From: Thermoplasmatales archaeon
GTDB lineage: Archaea > Thermoplasmatota > Thermoplasmata > Thermoplasmatales > GCA-001856825
Direction: 5' to 3'
Length of the DNA: 64,000 nucleotides
Assembly (NCBI GenBank): GCA_026127935.1
Contig: JAJSLL010000005.1
Coordinates: 29,809-93,808, forward strand
The notes under the pieces are model-generated. The model was given only the letters and a program-made list of their open reading frames with translations. It did not search any database and was not told the origin of the DNA. The position numbers were made by a program, and so were the translations under genes. Positions 36,288 through 45,172 of this stretch are shown here, piece by piece; position 1 is the first letter of the stretch; the number at the start of each line of letters is the position of its first letter.

Positions 36288-37530
36288 CGAAATCCAAACT
36301 CTTGAAGAACTTTCAAAGGAGGCAGGGAAATGCACAAACTGTGGATTCTGTGAATCCGTCTGTCCAACACTTCCTGCCATGGGATATAATTTAATTTACG
36401 GTGCAAGGGGGAGGGTCGACCTTGGAAACTATATCTTGAAAGAATTACTGAAGAATGGTAAGTTGAGCCTTAGATTCAAGGACTCGTTTTACAGTTGCCT
36501 TAGCTGTAACGCATGTCTTCAAGTATGTCCTGCTGGAGTCAATGCAGGGAAGGTAAGTGAACTGTCAAGAAGACTTATAGCAGATTACGATTCTTTCACC
36601 ACAGAAAACGAACAGAAAACTGCGAAGATGATAGTTAATGTCACGATGAAATACATGAACCCACTCGGGGTAAGGGAGAAGTGTGCGAACTGGTCAAGAG
36701 ACATCGCATTCGATAGCAAATCAAAGTCCCTCTTCTACACTGGAAACATGTTTCAACTGATGCCTTATAGCATTTCGCTAGGAAAAATGAAGAAGAAAAT
36801 AGGGAAGAAAATTTCTGATAGAATCTCAGAATTCATTTCAAATCATCCTTCATTCATCAAGATTGTTGGTATGTCAGCTGACAGAGACTTAAGTGACCGT
36901 ATGCGTGAGGAACTCCGAAACATCGTGAGACTCTTAAAAGATTCCGGTATCTCTTTTTCCTATTTGGGCGAGGACGAACCATACCCCGGTACGTTTCTAT
37001 ATGACTTGGGATATGAGAAGGAATTTTCAGAATATGCAAACAGGGTCTATTCTCTATTCAAATCTAAAGGAATTGAGGAACTAATTGTATTGGACCCTCA
37101 CACTTATGATATTCTGAGTTCAAAATATCCAAAATATGTTAAGAACTTCGACCTGCAGGTCGTGTATTATCTGGACTTACTCGACATTTCAAAATTCAAC
37201 AGGACTAACGTCAAAACAACTATCCACGAACCGTGTCTTCTGGTGAGAGGAAGCAAGGAAAACAATTCTCCAGTTGAAATCCTGTCAAAACTGTCTGATC
37301 TAGAACTACCAAATAGAAACGGGAAAAATACGAATTGTTGCGGCGGTCCTGACGAATTATTGTATGGGGAAATAGCAGAAAGGGTGGCCGAAGAACGGTT
37401 TACTCAGCTAGAAAGAGTAAAAGCTCAGAAGATTGTCACCGCTTGCCCGGTGTGTTTCGCCAATCTCAACAAGAAGAGTAATGTGGTCGAATTGCCAGAC
37501 TTTCTCACCACAATCTCAGGAGAAAAGTAA
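36280..37530 (+). CDS. Fe-S oxidoreductase (GlcF-like, 2x[4Fe-4S] + CCG domains)
   Basis: CTNCGFCESVCP and CLSCNACLQVCP ferredoxin motifs, a C-terminal CCGGP motif and ACPVCF. It overlaps the upstream oxidase gene by 8 nt. Confidence 0.7.
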   Translation: MTDEIQTLEELSKEAGKCTNCGFCESVCPTLPAMGYNLIYGARGRVDLGNYILKELLKNGKLSLRFKDSFYSCLSCNACLQVCPAGVNAGKVSELSRRLIADYDSFTTENEQKTAKMIVNVTMKYMNPLGVREKCANWSRDIAFDSKSKSLFYTGNMFQLMPYSISLGKMKKKIGKKISDRISEFISNHPSFIKIVGMSADRDLSDRMREELRNIVRLLKDSGISFSYLGEDEPYPGTFLYDLGYEKEFSEYANRVYSLFKSKGIEELIVLDPHTYDILSSKYPKYVKNFDLQVVYYLDLLDISKFNRTNVKTTIHEPCLLVRGSKENNSPVEILSKLSDLELPNRNGKNTNCCGGPDELLYGEIAERVAEERFTQLERVKAQKIVTACPVCFANLNKKSNVVELPDFLTTISGEK

Positions 37531-37587
37531 AACATCTCGTGTCAAAACGAGCGCAATATTTTTTAGAAACCTCTCGATTGAACTGCA

Positions 37588-38277
37588 ATGCTGATGATCA
37601 TAACAAGCGTAGCAGATATCTGGACAAAACCGTCTACCGACTCAGAAAGAGATTCTCAAGTGATCTATGGAGAGAAGGTTGAAGCCTTGGAAAACTTGGG
37701 ACAGTTCTCTAAAGTCAAGAGTGTGGATGGGGTTGTAGGTTACGTTAAGAGCGCCATATTGGACGACTGGACCAAAAGGCATTTCAAGTTGTCCCATCAG
37801 GTCAGAAACGATAGGATGTCTTTTCCATTCGGTTCCTATGTAAGCAATAAAGACGTAGAAAAATACAACATTCCAAAGAGATATCTACATTCTATCGAAG
37901 AGAGATTCGTTCCTATTAGACTTACAAGAAAATTTGCAGGCATTCCATATCTCTGGGGCGGTACATCTGATTTTGGATTTGACTGCTCCGGTTTCACCCA
38001 GAGGCTTTTCCGTTTCTCAGGAACGGAGATTCCAAGAAATTCTGATCAGCAGAAAGATGCTTCAGAGACAGTCAAGAATTTCGACTTTGCTCTTCCCGGA
38101 GATTTGGTATTTTTCAAGGGCCATGTCGCATTCTATCTCGGACACGGTAGGATTATCCATGCAAATGGAAAGCATTCTAGAATTACTGAAACGGATCTTT
38201 TTGATAAGTCTCCATATTCGCAAGAACTGTTAAGAATTATGGAGAAAATTGGAAGATTCAAGATTGAATCCAACTGA
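37588..38277 (+). CDS. Cytoplasmic SH3b + NlpC/P60 cysteine peptidase (YkfC-like gamma-D-Glu-diamino acid endopeptidase candidate)
   Basis: 229 aa, no signal peptide. N-terminal SH3-like segment, catalytic block IPYLWGGTSDFGFDCSGFTQ, and His block GHVAFYLGHGRIIHA. Confidence 0.7.
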   Translation: MLMIITSVADIWTKPSTDSERDSQVIYGEKVEALENLGQFSKVKSVDGVVGYVKSAILDDWTKRHFKLSHQVRNDRMSFPFGSYVSNKDVEKYNIPKRYLHSIEERFVPIRLTRKFAGIPYLWGGTSDFGFDCSGFTQRLFRFSGTEIPRNSDQQKDASETVKNFDFALPGDLVFFKGHVAFYLGHGRIIHANGKHSRITETDLFDKSPYSQELLRIMEKIGRFKIESN

Positions 38278-38295
38278 ACGTCTATCAAAAGGTTT

Positions 38296-39249
38296 TTAAT
38301 TCTTCTTAGATCTCTTTGCGAAGTAATAAATGAGAACTAGCACAACTGCGAAAATCAAGAGTAATGCCAGCACGTAGTTATAAATCATTTTTCCAGTATT
38401 TTCTCCATGTAAGAATTGTGAAAGATCTGTCCACCAGTAACCGTTTAACGGCATGTCCCAAATTCCCACGTTGGTTGCATTATAATATTCAAGATACTTG
38501 AACCTAGATCCAACCGAAGAACTGTTCAAAACTGAGTTGTTGTTCACATTCACTGTAATCAATCCAATTCCAATTTTGCTAAGGGATATTTGGGAGATTC
38601 CGTTCTGAAAAGCAATTCCATAGTTTATTGCGGGTGAATCATAGGTATCCATATCATAGAGAATATTGACAGTGGTGTTGTTGAGATATTGAAAATTCCA
38701 GAAAGTATTCCACGAAGCAATGTCAACAGTGAGTTCGAAACCACTCGAGTGGAGGGCTTTCGCGAAAGATGTCAGAAACTGAGAATATTCAAGAGCTATC
38801 GTATCGTTAGCACTCTGGGTTGGTTCGAAATCAATATTGTAGCCAGTGTAATCAAATTCTTCTGCTTGTTGTATAGCTTCTGTGATGAATCTTGAAGGAT
38901 GGTTAAGAAGAAAGATTATGTCATTTAGGTTGTCACTAATTATCATCGGGAAAGTGTTGAGGCCGAAAGATTGGATTTTCCCCGTAACATTTGTTATAGG
39001 AAATAGTGCAATCATGTCCCCAGTAGAGTCTACCATATAGTGCTCGTACGAAACTCCTGTCAAGTCTGATCGATGAATACTGAGACTCGACAAATCCACG
39101 GTTATGTTTTCATTGGTCAGCTCAAGTCCCATCCAAACTATTGCAGACTTCTTTCCAGTCTCTTGCCCGTTCGTACCGTTTACTACATATAACGCAGCGG
39201 AAAGGAGAAGAAGGATGACAAAAATCGACACGACTATCCTTATCTGCAT
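38296..39249 (-). CDS. Surface-anchored TIM-barrel glycoside-hydrolase-like protein (GH18-like)
   Basis: 317 aa. N-terminal signal/anchor, many N-glycosylation sequons, and a C-terminal TM helix plus KRSKKN. FDYTGYNIDFEP resembles the GH18 catalytic strand (D-G-x-D-x-D-x-E) with only the last D-x-E retained. This is a weak call. Confidence 0.35.
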   Translation of the reverse strand: MQIRIVVSIFVILLLLSAALYVVNGTNGQETGKKSAIVWMGLELTNENITVDLSSLSIHRSDLTGVSYEHYMVDSTGDMIALFPITNVTGKIQSFGLNTFPMIISDNLNDIIFLLNHPSRFITEAIQQAEEFDYTGYNIDFEPTQSANDTIALEYSQFLTSFAKALHSSGFELTVDIASWNTFWNFQYLNNTTVNILYDMDTYDSPAINYGIAFQNGISQISLSKIGIGLITVNVNNNSVLNSSSVGSRFKYLEYYNATNVGIWDMPLNGYWWTDLSQFLHGENTGKMIYNYVLALLLIFAVVLVLIYYFAKRSKKN

Positions 39250-39621
39250 ATTAAGGTTAGATAAGCTTACCGATAATAATCTTGTCTCGACGAATATGGA
39301 AGGAAAAGAGAATCGGAAATATTCCTAAATGAATTGTTATCCTTACCATTGGTATGCGGATCTATGGTCTTTTGTATCACAGACTTGCCTTGATTTGTTC
39401 ATAGTACTTTGAGACAAAACGCGATACAATCAAGGTGTGGGTTGACTCCATGTTGGGGACGTGAAAGACAAAGATTCCTATCAGAAGAATAGATGCTGGA
39501 TGATTCCACCAAGGTCTTCATTGGCAATAGGCTAAACCCTTTCAAGTCAGTGACTAAGAAAGGAGGGCCCTAAAGTACAGGCAAGAAACTGAGTCCAATC
39601 GAAGGAAAATTTCTAGAGGAG

Positions 39622-40029
39622 ATGATGGACAAAGAAAAACATTCATCGCTTAAGAAAACAATAGAAAGATCTCTCAAAGATCAGGAATATACCGACAAGC
39701 TGAAAGAAGAAAGGGAACAGTTAGAGAGGGAAAGGAATGAAGACCTACAGCAACTGAAAAATGAACTAACACGTAAATTAGATGCAGTGAGGCAATCGAA
39801 ACATCACAGCATTGCGGACCAGATCAGGGAATTTATCGACCTCAAAAAATCAATCGATGCAGCAAATGTAATGCTAAATCCTGGGCAGACCAACTCAATA
39901 CCTCTGATGATTGATGGCAATAAAATTTTCTTGATACTTGGACAGAACAAGGTTAACCTGGACGTGAATGCGGTCTCGAAGCAAGACGTAGTGATTAGGT
40001 TTGAAAGATTCTTGTTTCACAAGATTTGA
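39622..40029 (+). CDS. Hypothetical protein, N-terminal coiled coil (135 aa)
   Basis: ORF only, no family recognised. Confidence 0.4.
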   Translation: MMDKEKHSSLKKTIERSLKDQEYTDKLKEEREQLERERNEDLQQLKNELTRKLDAVRQSKHHSIADQIREFIDLKKSIDAANVMLNPGQTNSIPLMIDGNKIFLILGQNKVNLDVNAVSKQDVVIRFERFLFHKI

Positions 40030-40681
40030 AAGGTGTAATTAAGTCTGCAAAAGTTTCGTACTGATATTTCAATTGTCGCGAGATCAATCTGAATGCAGAA
40101 CAGGCAAGAAATTTAGATAACAGTATATTCTATACAGCCTTCGGAATGTCAAAAACAATTCAATCTGAATTCGAGATAGAACTCAAACCGTAATCTACAA
40201 TTCCCATCGGGGCGAGCTCTCGGACATAATCAAAAACGATCCCCCCATTCACCGTTTTATTAGTTTTTGAAACCCGATGCATGAAAGTACTCCAGGAAAT
40301 AGAAGTTCCTGTACAGGAGAATTGTGATGAGGATAACGACGGGTACCGATAGCATGGGAATCCCTCTTCTCATTACCCTTGCTCAATCAACTTTATGAAC
40401 CTTCGTGTGTTCAGGAACACCACCGACGGTCGCACTTCCGTCGTAGTCCACAGTCGTGATTTATATTAGCACCCCTTCTGTACTCTTAAATCTTGGTTTT
40501 ACGGAGAAAGCGTAAAACAAGCATACTTAATCTTGGTAGAAATATGCTTATATGCTAGGGGAAGGTGTTTTATTCCCAAATAAAAGGAAGTGCGATATGA
40601 TCGAGAGAGCAAAGAGTATAATCATAATAGATGAGACAAAGGGTGGATACTCTTTCGCGATCGATCATAGGAGTGTTAAGG

Positions 40682-41134
40682 ATGTCGTCTGTTGAAGAAT
40701 CAAATGAAAGGTTGGTGCAAAGCTGGGTGGATGATGTCCTAAAAGGGGGAGGGAAAAGTGCTGAAGAATGGTTGTCGCGAATCCGACAGAGAGCACCAGA
40801 TTACTACGATGAGAACTATGTTGCGCATCACGACTTAACATCCAAGGGGAGGGATGGCCTAGTTAGTAGATTTGCGAGCTTGGCATATGCCTTCTCTGAT
40901 GTGGAAGTGGATTTAGTCCAGCTATTCGCGAAAGGTGACATGGTGGCTGATTGCATACGCGTAACAGGCAACCATACTGGCAATTTCCTGGGTATACCAC
41001 CCACAGGTAGGAGAATCTCCTGGCTTCAGAACGAGATATTTCTATTGAAAGATGGCAGGATAAAAGAAGGATGGGTGACAAGAGACTGGCTAGGACTCCT
41101 GCAACAGCTTGGGGCTTTTGGTAATCCTAAATAA
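40682..41134 (+). CDS. SnoaL-like ester cyclase family protein
   Basis: VTGNHTGNFLGIPPTGRRISW matches the ester-cyclase block (G-T-H-T-G-x-F-x-G-I-P-P-T-G-K). The start is trimmed to ATG 40682. Confidence 0.6.
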   Translation: MSSVEESNERLVQSWVDDVLKGGGKSAEEWLSRIRQRAPDYYDENYVAHHDLTSKGRDGLVSRFASLAYAFSDVEVDLVQLFAKGDMVADCIRVTGNHTGNFLGIPPTGRRISWLQNEIFLLKDGRIKEGWVTRDWLGLLQQLGAFGNPK

Positions 41135-41635
41135 ATAATGGGAATTGACTAACGTTCCGCTGAAGTATTACACTGGGCGATTAAGGAGATTGATTTTTAA
41201 TCACTGGTCAATTTAATTTGAACGCCTGAATAAAATTTAGGTTGTCTCGAGTTTTAATAACTGACGACCTACATAATGGTGTCAGAGGTTATGCGGAGAG
41301 AACCTTTGGTGCGGGAGGAATAAATCTCACGTACGATAAGATTTGCCTTGCTGAACAGAACACAATAAAAGTACGAACGGGCATCAACCAGATTCGAGTA
41401 AAATATAACACCAGTAATTGCAGCGATGGCAGTTGAATGTCGTTAACTGACTGATAGTAATGAGCGCATTATATTCCTTGAAGAACCCTCCCAACAGCCA
41501 ACGTGCTAAAAAAGGGTAAGATGGAAAGTATACATAATTCTGACAGAACTGTGCTTACTGACCACTATGCCTAGCACATTTCGTAATTGAATAACCTAAT
41601 TCCTGATCCTTTTCTTTAATCATTCACAGATTTCA

Positions 41636-42541
41636 TTGAATGAATTTTTATATTCATTTGGTTGTTGTCAAATAGTGGATCACAAAGAGATATTCGTCTG
41701 CCTTTCAAATGGGCAAAAGGCATTCTGGATAAGGTATCTTCTGTCTACAAGAAATGAGGCCACTGCATCGTTTATGATTGCAATGTTCGATAACGATGAT
41801 ACCTCAGGATTCAGAACTCACTACGACACATTTTCAATGAACCCGAATGGGGAGACGAAAATTGGCGGAAACACGATAGATAACGCAAAAAGATATGCTT
41901 CCGATATCGAGAACACCTATTCCATAAGCTGGTCGAATGGCGAAAATGGGATGAGCGCAATTTCAGGCATTACTGGACTTCTTGACCTGAGATCGCAGTA
42001 CTATCTCCTTTCTCCTAATGCCAGGTTCAATGGTCAGATAACATATCTCAATGAGTCCTACGCCATAAAGGACTACAGGGGAATGGTTGGGTACATCTCA
42101 CAGCCGGACTACCTAATGCACTGGACGTGGATGCATATGTCCGGTGCAACAGATAAGGAAGATACGTGGTTGGACCTGTTGATTAGCGATAGGGCCCTTG
42201 GAGGAAAGAAGATCTCTCTATTATCCGGGAGGATCAACGGGAAACTTATTAGACCATTGGGACTCCCTGCAACATTCAGAGGAAACGAAGACATTTCAAT
42301 CATAGAAGGAGAACTGAGCGCCGTAGGGAAGAAATTCATGATCAAATCTCATGCAGATAGAGACAGAACGATCAAGGTGAAGTATGATGCAGTGAGGAAA
42401 CACGACTCATACTGCTATAACTCTGAACTTGCAGTAACATCCATAAATTATAATGGAAGGACTTACGACTCTAACATTTCGTTCATTGAACATGGAATTT
42501 TGGACAACTTGCAGGGTTTCAAGGAGGTCAGCATAAAATAG
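41636..42541 (+). CDS. Hypothetical protein (301 aa, beta-rich)
   Basis: ORF with TTG start, no confident family. Confidence 0.4.
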   Translation: MNEFLYSFGCCQIVDHKEIFVCLSNGQKAFWIRYLLSTRNEATASFMIAMFDNDDTSGFRTHYDTFSMNPNGETKIGGNTIDNAKRYASDIENTYSISWSNGENGMSAISGITGLLDLRSQYYLLSPNARFNGQITYLNESYAIKDYRGMVGYISQPDYLMHWTWMHMSGATDKEDTWLDLLISDRALGGKKISLLSGRINGKLIRPLGLPATFRGNEDISIIEGELSAVGKKFMIKSHADRDRTIKVKYDAVRKHDSYCYNSELAVTSINYNGRTYDSNISFIEHGILDNLQGFKEVSIK

Positions 42542-42591
42542 AATCAAGACGGAGTATATGAAGAAAACAGATATCGCGACGAAGGTCGTCA

Positions 42592-42665
42592 CGGGCCCGA
42601 TGGGATTTGAACCCACGACCTACTGGTTAAGAGCCGGTCGCTCTGCCGGTCTAAGCTACGGGCCC
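42592..42665 (-). tRNA. tRNA-Lys (anticodon CUU)
   Basis: Minus strand GGGCCCGTAGCTTAGACCGGCAGAGCGACCGGCTCTTAACCAGTAGGTCGTGGGTTCAAATCCCATCGGGCCCG. 7-bp acceptor stem, anticodon loop CT-CTT-AA, T-loop TTCAAAT, one C-A mismatch at 29:41, no encoded CCA. Confidence 0.85.
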
Positions 42666-42767
42666 AGCGATGGTTATCACTTCAACGACATAAATATTTC
42701 CGGCTGTGGCTCACAGATTCTAATCACTTCCAAAGCACTGCCTAACTGCCAACTGACGGGCTTGAAA

Positions 42768-43931
42768 TTAATTCCCCTCGTTTAGAACGTCTCCTTTGCT
42801 TAAAATGTCTGCTATCTCCGGTCTCAAAATTTCTTGAGGAATCTGTTGGTTTGTCTTTAGCAGCTCCCTTATTTTCGTCTGGCTAATAATCAACCTTTCT
42901 TCCATTGAGTGGGGGCAAACGGTTTCTGAAGTTATCCCTCTGCACTTCTTGCAGTAAAAGGTGTCTTTGAATCTAATAGGAACCATTCCCACATCCAGCT
43001 CTTCAAAAATTTTCTGGGCTGCGTAAGGTTCGTAGTAATTTCCAACCCCTGCTTGGTCTCTGCCAATAATATAGTGCGTAGCCCCATAATTTCTTCTAAT
43101 GATCGCAAGGAAGACTGATGCCCTAGGTCCTGCATATCTCATCGTGATAGATAACGATCCCATCATGGTTTTGTCGGGCCTGTGATAATTCTTAATGAGT
43201 GAATCGTAAGAATTGAGGATAACATCGGCCCTGTAGTCTCCCTTCTTCAGCCTTCCAACAACTAGGTGAATGAATAATCCGTCTATGCCTGGCAATTCCA
43301 GAGATACCTTTTGCAGGTATTCGTGCGCGACATGGGGTGGGTTTCTAGCCTGATATGCAACCACGTTTTTCCAGCCCTTCTTAGAGAATTCCTCCCTGAT
43401 TTCGGAAGGATGTCTCTCATAGCCACCACCTGGCAATACCTGTTCCTTGAAAATTCGGACCTTTCCAGATATTGCGGTATCTGCATACTTTTCGAATAGG
43501 TCCTGAACATTGGGATGTTTGAGATCGTTTGTGCCATAAACGGTCTCCGCAATGTCTTTCTTATTTAGTTTGAACTTGGACTCTATGGACATCTCTCCGT
43601 ATGGCTGTTGTTCTCTGTTCAAGAGAGCAATCTGATCACCTTCCTTGATTTTCTCGTTCTGAGATTGGTCAATTGCAAAAATGATTGGAATCGTCCAGGG
43701 TAGTCCGTTTGATAAACTTCTTCTCTTCAGAACAGATGCGACTTCATCCTCTCCCATGAATCCTTCCAGTGGGCTATATGAACCGTCAGCTATCTTGAGA
43801 GAGTCGTAATAGAAATCAATGAAAGGTTCGATTTGTACCATTCCCTTCAATCCATCCAAATGCTTTTCCTGATTGTTTAGGTCTAGGGAAATCTTTAGTT
43901 TTCCTCCATACGGGGAATTTACCATGTGCAC
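42768..43931 (-). CDS. sat: Sulfate adenylyltransferase (ATP sulfurylase)
   Basis: 387 aa. Contains QARNPPHVAHEYL (Q-x-R-N-P-x-H) and IIGRDQAGVG. Confidence 0.85.
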   Translation of the reverse strand: MHMVNSPYGGKLKISLDLNNQEKHLDGLKGMVQIEPFIDFYYDSLKIADGSYSPLEGFMGEDEVASVLKRRSLSNGLPWTIPIIFAIDQSQNEKIKEGDQIALLNREQQPYGEMSIESKFKLNKKDIAETVYGTNDLKHPNVQDLFEKYADTAISGKVRIFKEQVLPGGGYERHPSEIREEFSKKGWKNVVAYQARNPPHVAHEYLQKVSLELPGIDGLFIHLVVGRLKKGDYRADVILNSYDSLIKNYHRPDKTMMGSLSITMRYAGPRASVFLAIIRRNYGATHYIIGRDQAGVGNYYEPYAAQKIFEELDVGMVPIRFKDTFYCKKCRGITSETVCPHSMEERLIISQTKIRELLKTNQQIPQEILRPEIADILSKGDVLNEGN

Positions 43932-44020
43932 ACCAGATGAAGTAAATACTTCTATGTTTTCATAATTACCCTTAATTAATTAGTAAATTGTCTGAACATT
44001 GAGTCAAATTTAATTAGAAA

Positions 44021-45148
44021 GTGAAAGAAACTTTATCTGGTTGTCCCTATTTTTCCAAGAAAATGAACCTCTATTGGTGGGGAATCTTTTCACTGAACTT
44101 ACTGCTATCTGCAGGAATAATGTTGACTTACCTGAGTAGAAGAGACAGCAAGAATGATACTTTAAGTCCAAAAGTGTTTGACTCCACAGAAAAGAGGGTT
44201 CTTGTAATAATTCCGGCCAAAGGGGTCGATTACGAGATGGACAAGAATCTTGCTTCTATCCGGGACCAAGATTTCAAAAAGTTCGATATTGTCTCAGTGG
44301 TTGATTCTGAAGAAGACCAGGCTGTATCCTTCCTAAAGAGAGAAGGAATAAAGTTCATCACATCTACAGGAGACTGCGCAAAGTGTAGCGGTAAAGTGAA
44401 GGCGATTTGCTCAGCACTTGTTAAATTTCCCGAATATGACTATTATGTGATCGCCGATTCAGACATCAGAGTTCAACCCAGCTGGCTTTCAGGCCTAATA
44501 GGCCCTCTATCTGATGCGACCATTGGTGTTTCCACCACTTTCCCGATCTTCTTTCCAGATGGAGGTTTCTGGACCAAAGTAAAAATGTTTTGGGGCCTGG
44601 TAGGGCAGTCAATGATGGAATCTAATTTGACCAAGTTCGTTTGGGGGGGTTCAATGGCATTTCGAGGTACCCTCCTGGACAAGGAATCACTCAAGTTCTT
44701 TTCAGAATCGGTTTCTGATGATATTGCAATTCTGAAGATCTCAAAAGAAAAAGGACTAAAGATTTCCTATGTTCCAGAGTCAAGACCTAGGATATATTCG
44801 AACGATGATTTTCCAACTTTTCTTGAATGGTCAAGCCGCCAAACTGCGTTCTCAATTTATTCTACAAACAATACTTTCAGATTTGGAATAATCTACTACA
44901 CGGTGGCTGCTTATCTAGTCATATCATCTTTAGTTTTTGCAGTTTTTGTGAATGGTATTTTCTTGCTATTCCTGTTACCCTACATTGTCAACTCAGTAAA
45001 TAGCCAGATGAAGGTGCCGGTCAAGGTATGGTACTTTCTATCAGTAACTTTCATCCTTCCCTACATCTACATATGGAATCTAATTGTGGGAATGGTTAGA
45101 AAGAAGGTGCACTGGAGAGGGTGCGTCTATTCTCTCTCCAAGGATTGA
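44021..45148 (+). CDS. Membrane glycosyltransferase family 2 (HpnI / ceramide-glucosyltransferase-like)
   Basis: 375 aa, GTG start. VIIPAKG, ADSDIRV and WGGSMAFR blocks, with N- and C-terminal TM helices. Confidence 0.55.
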   Translation: MKETLSGCPYFSKKMNLYWWGIFSLNLLLSAGIMLTYLSRRDSKNDTLSPKVFDSTEKRVLVIIPAKGVDYEMDKNLASIRDQDFKKFDIVSVVDSEEDQAVSFLKREGIKFITSTGDCAKCSGKVKAICSALVKFPEYDYYVIADSDIRVQPSWLSGLIGPLSDATIGVSTTFPIFFPDGGFWTKVKMFWGLVGQSMMESNLTKFVWGGSMAFRGTLLDKESLKFFSESVSDDIAILKISKEKGLKISYVPESRPRIYSNDDFPTFLEWSSRQTAFSIYSTNNTFRFGIIYYTVAAYLVISSLVFAVFVNGIFLLFLLPYIVNSVNSQMKVPVKVWYFLSVTFILPYIYIWNLIVGMVRKKVHWRGCVYSLSKD

Positions 45149-45172
45149 TTTATCCAAATAAGTCTCCGCTGA

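Noticed and set aside
42558-42785. A 75-aa plus-strand ORF
   Set aside because: It runs antisense across tRNA-Lys and into the 3' end of the ATP sulfurylase gene, so it is an artefact.
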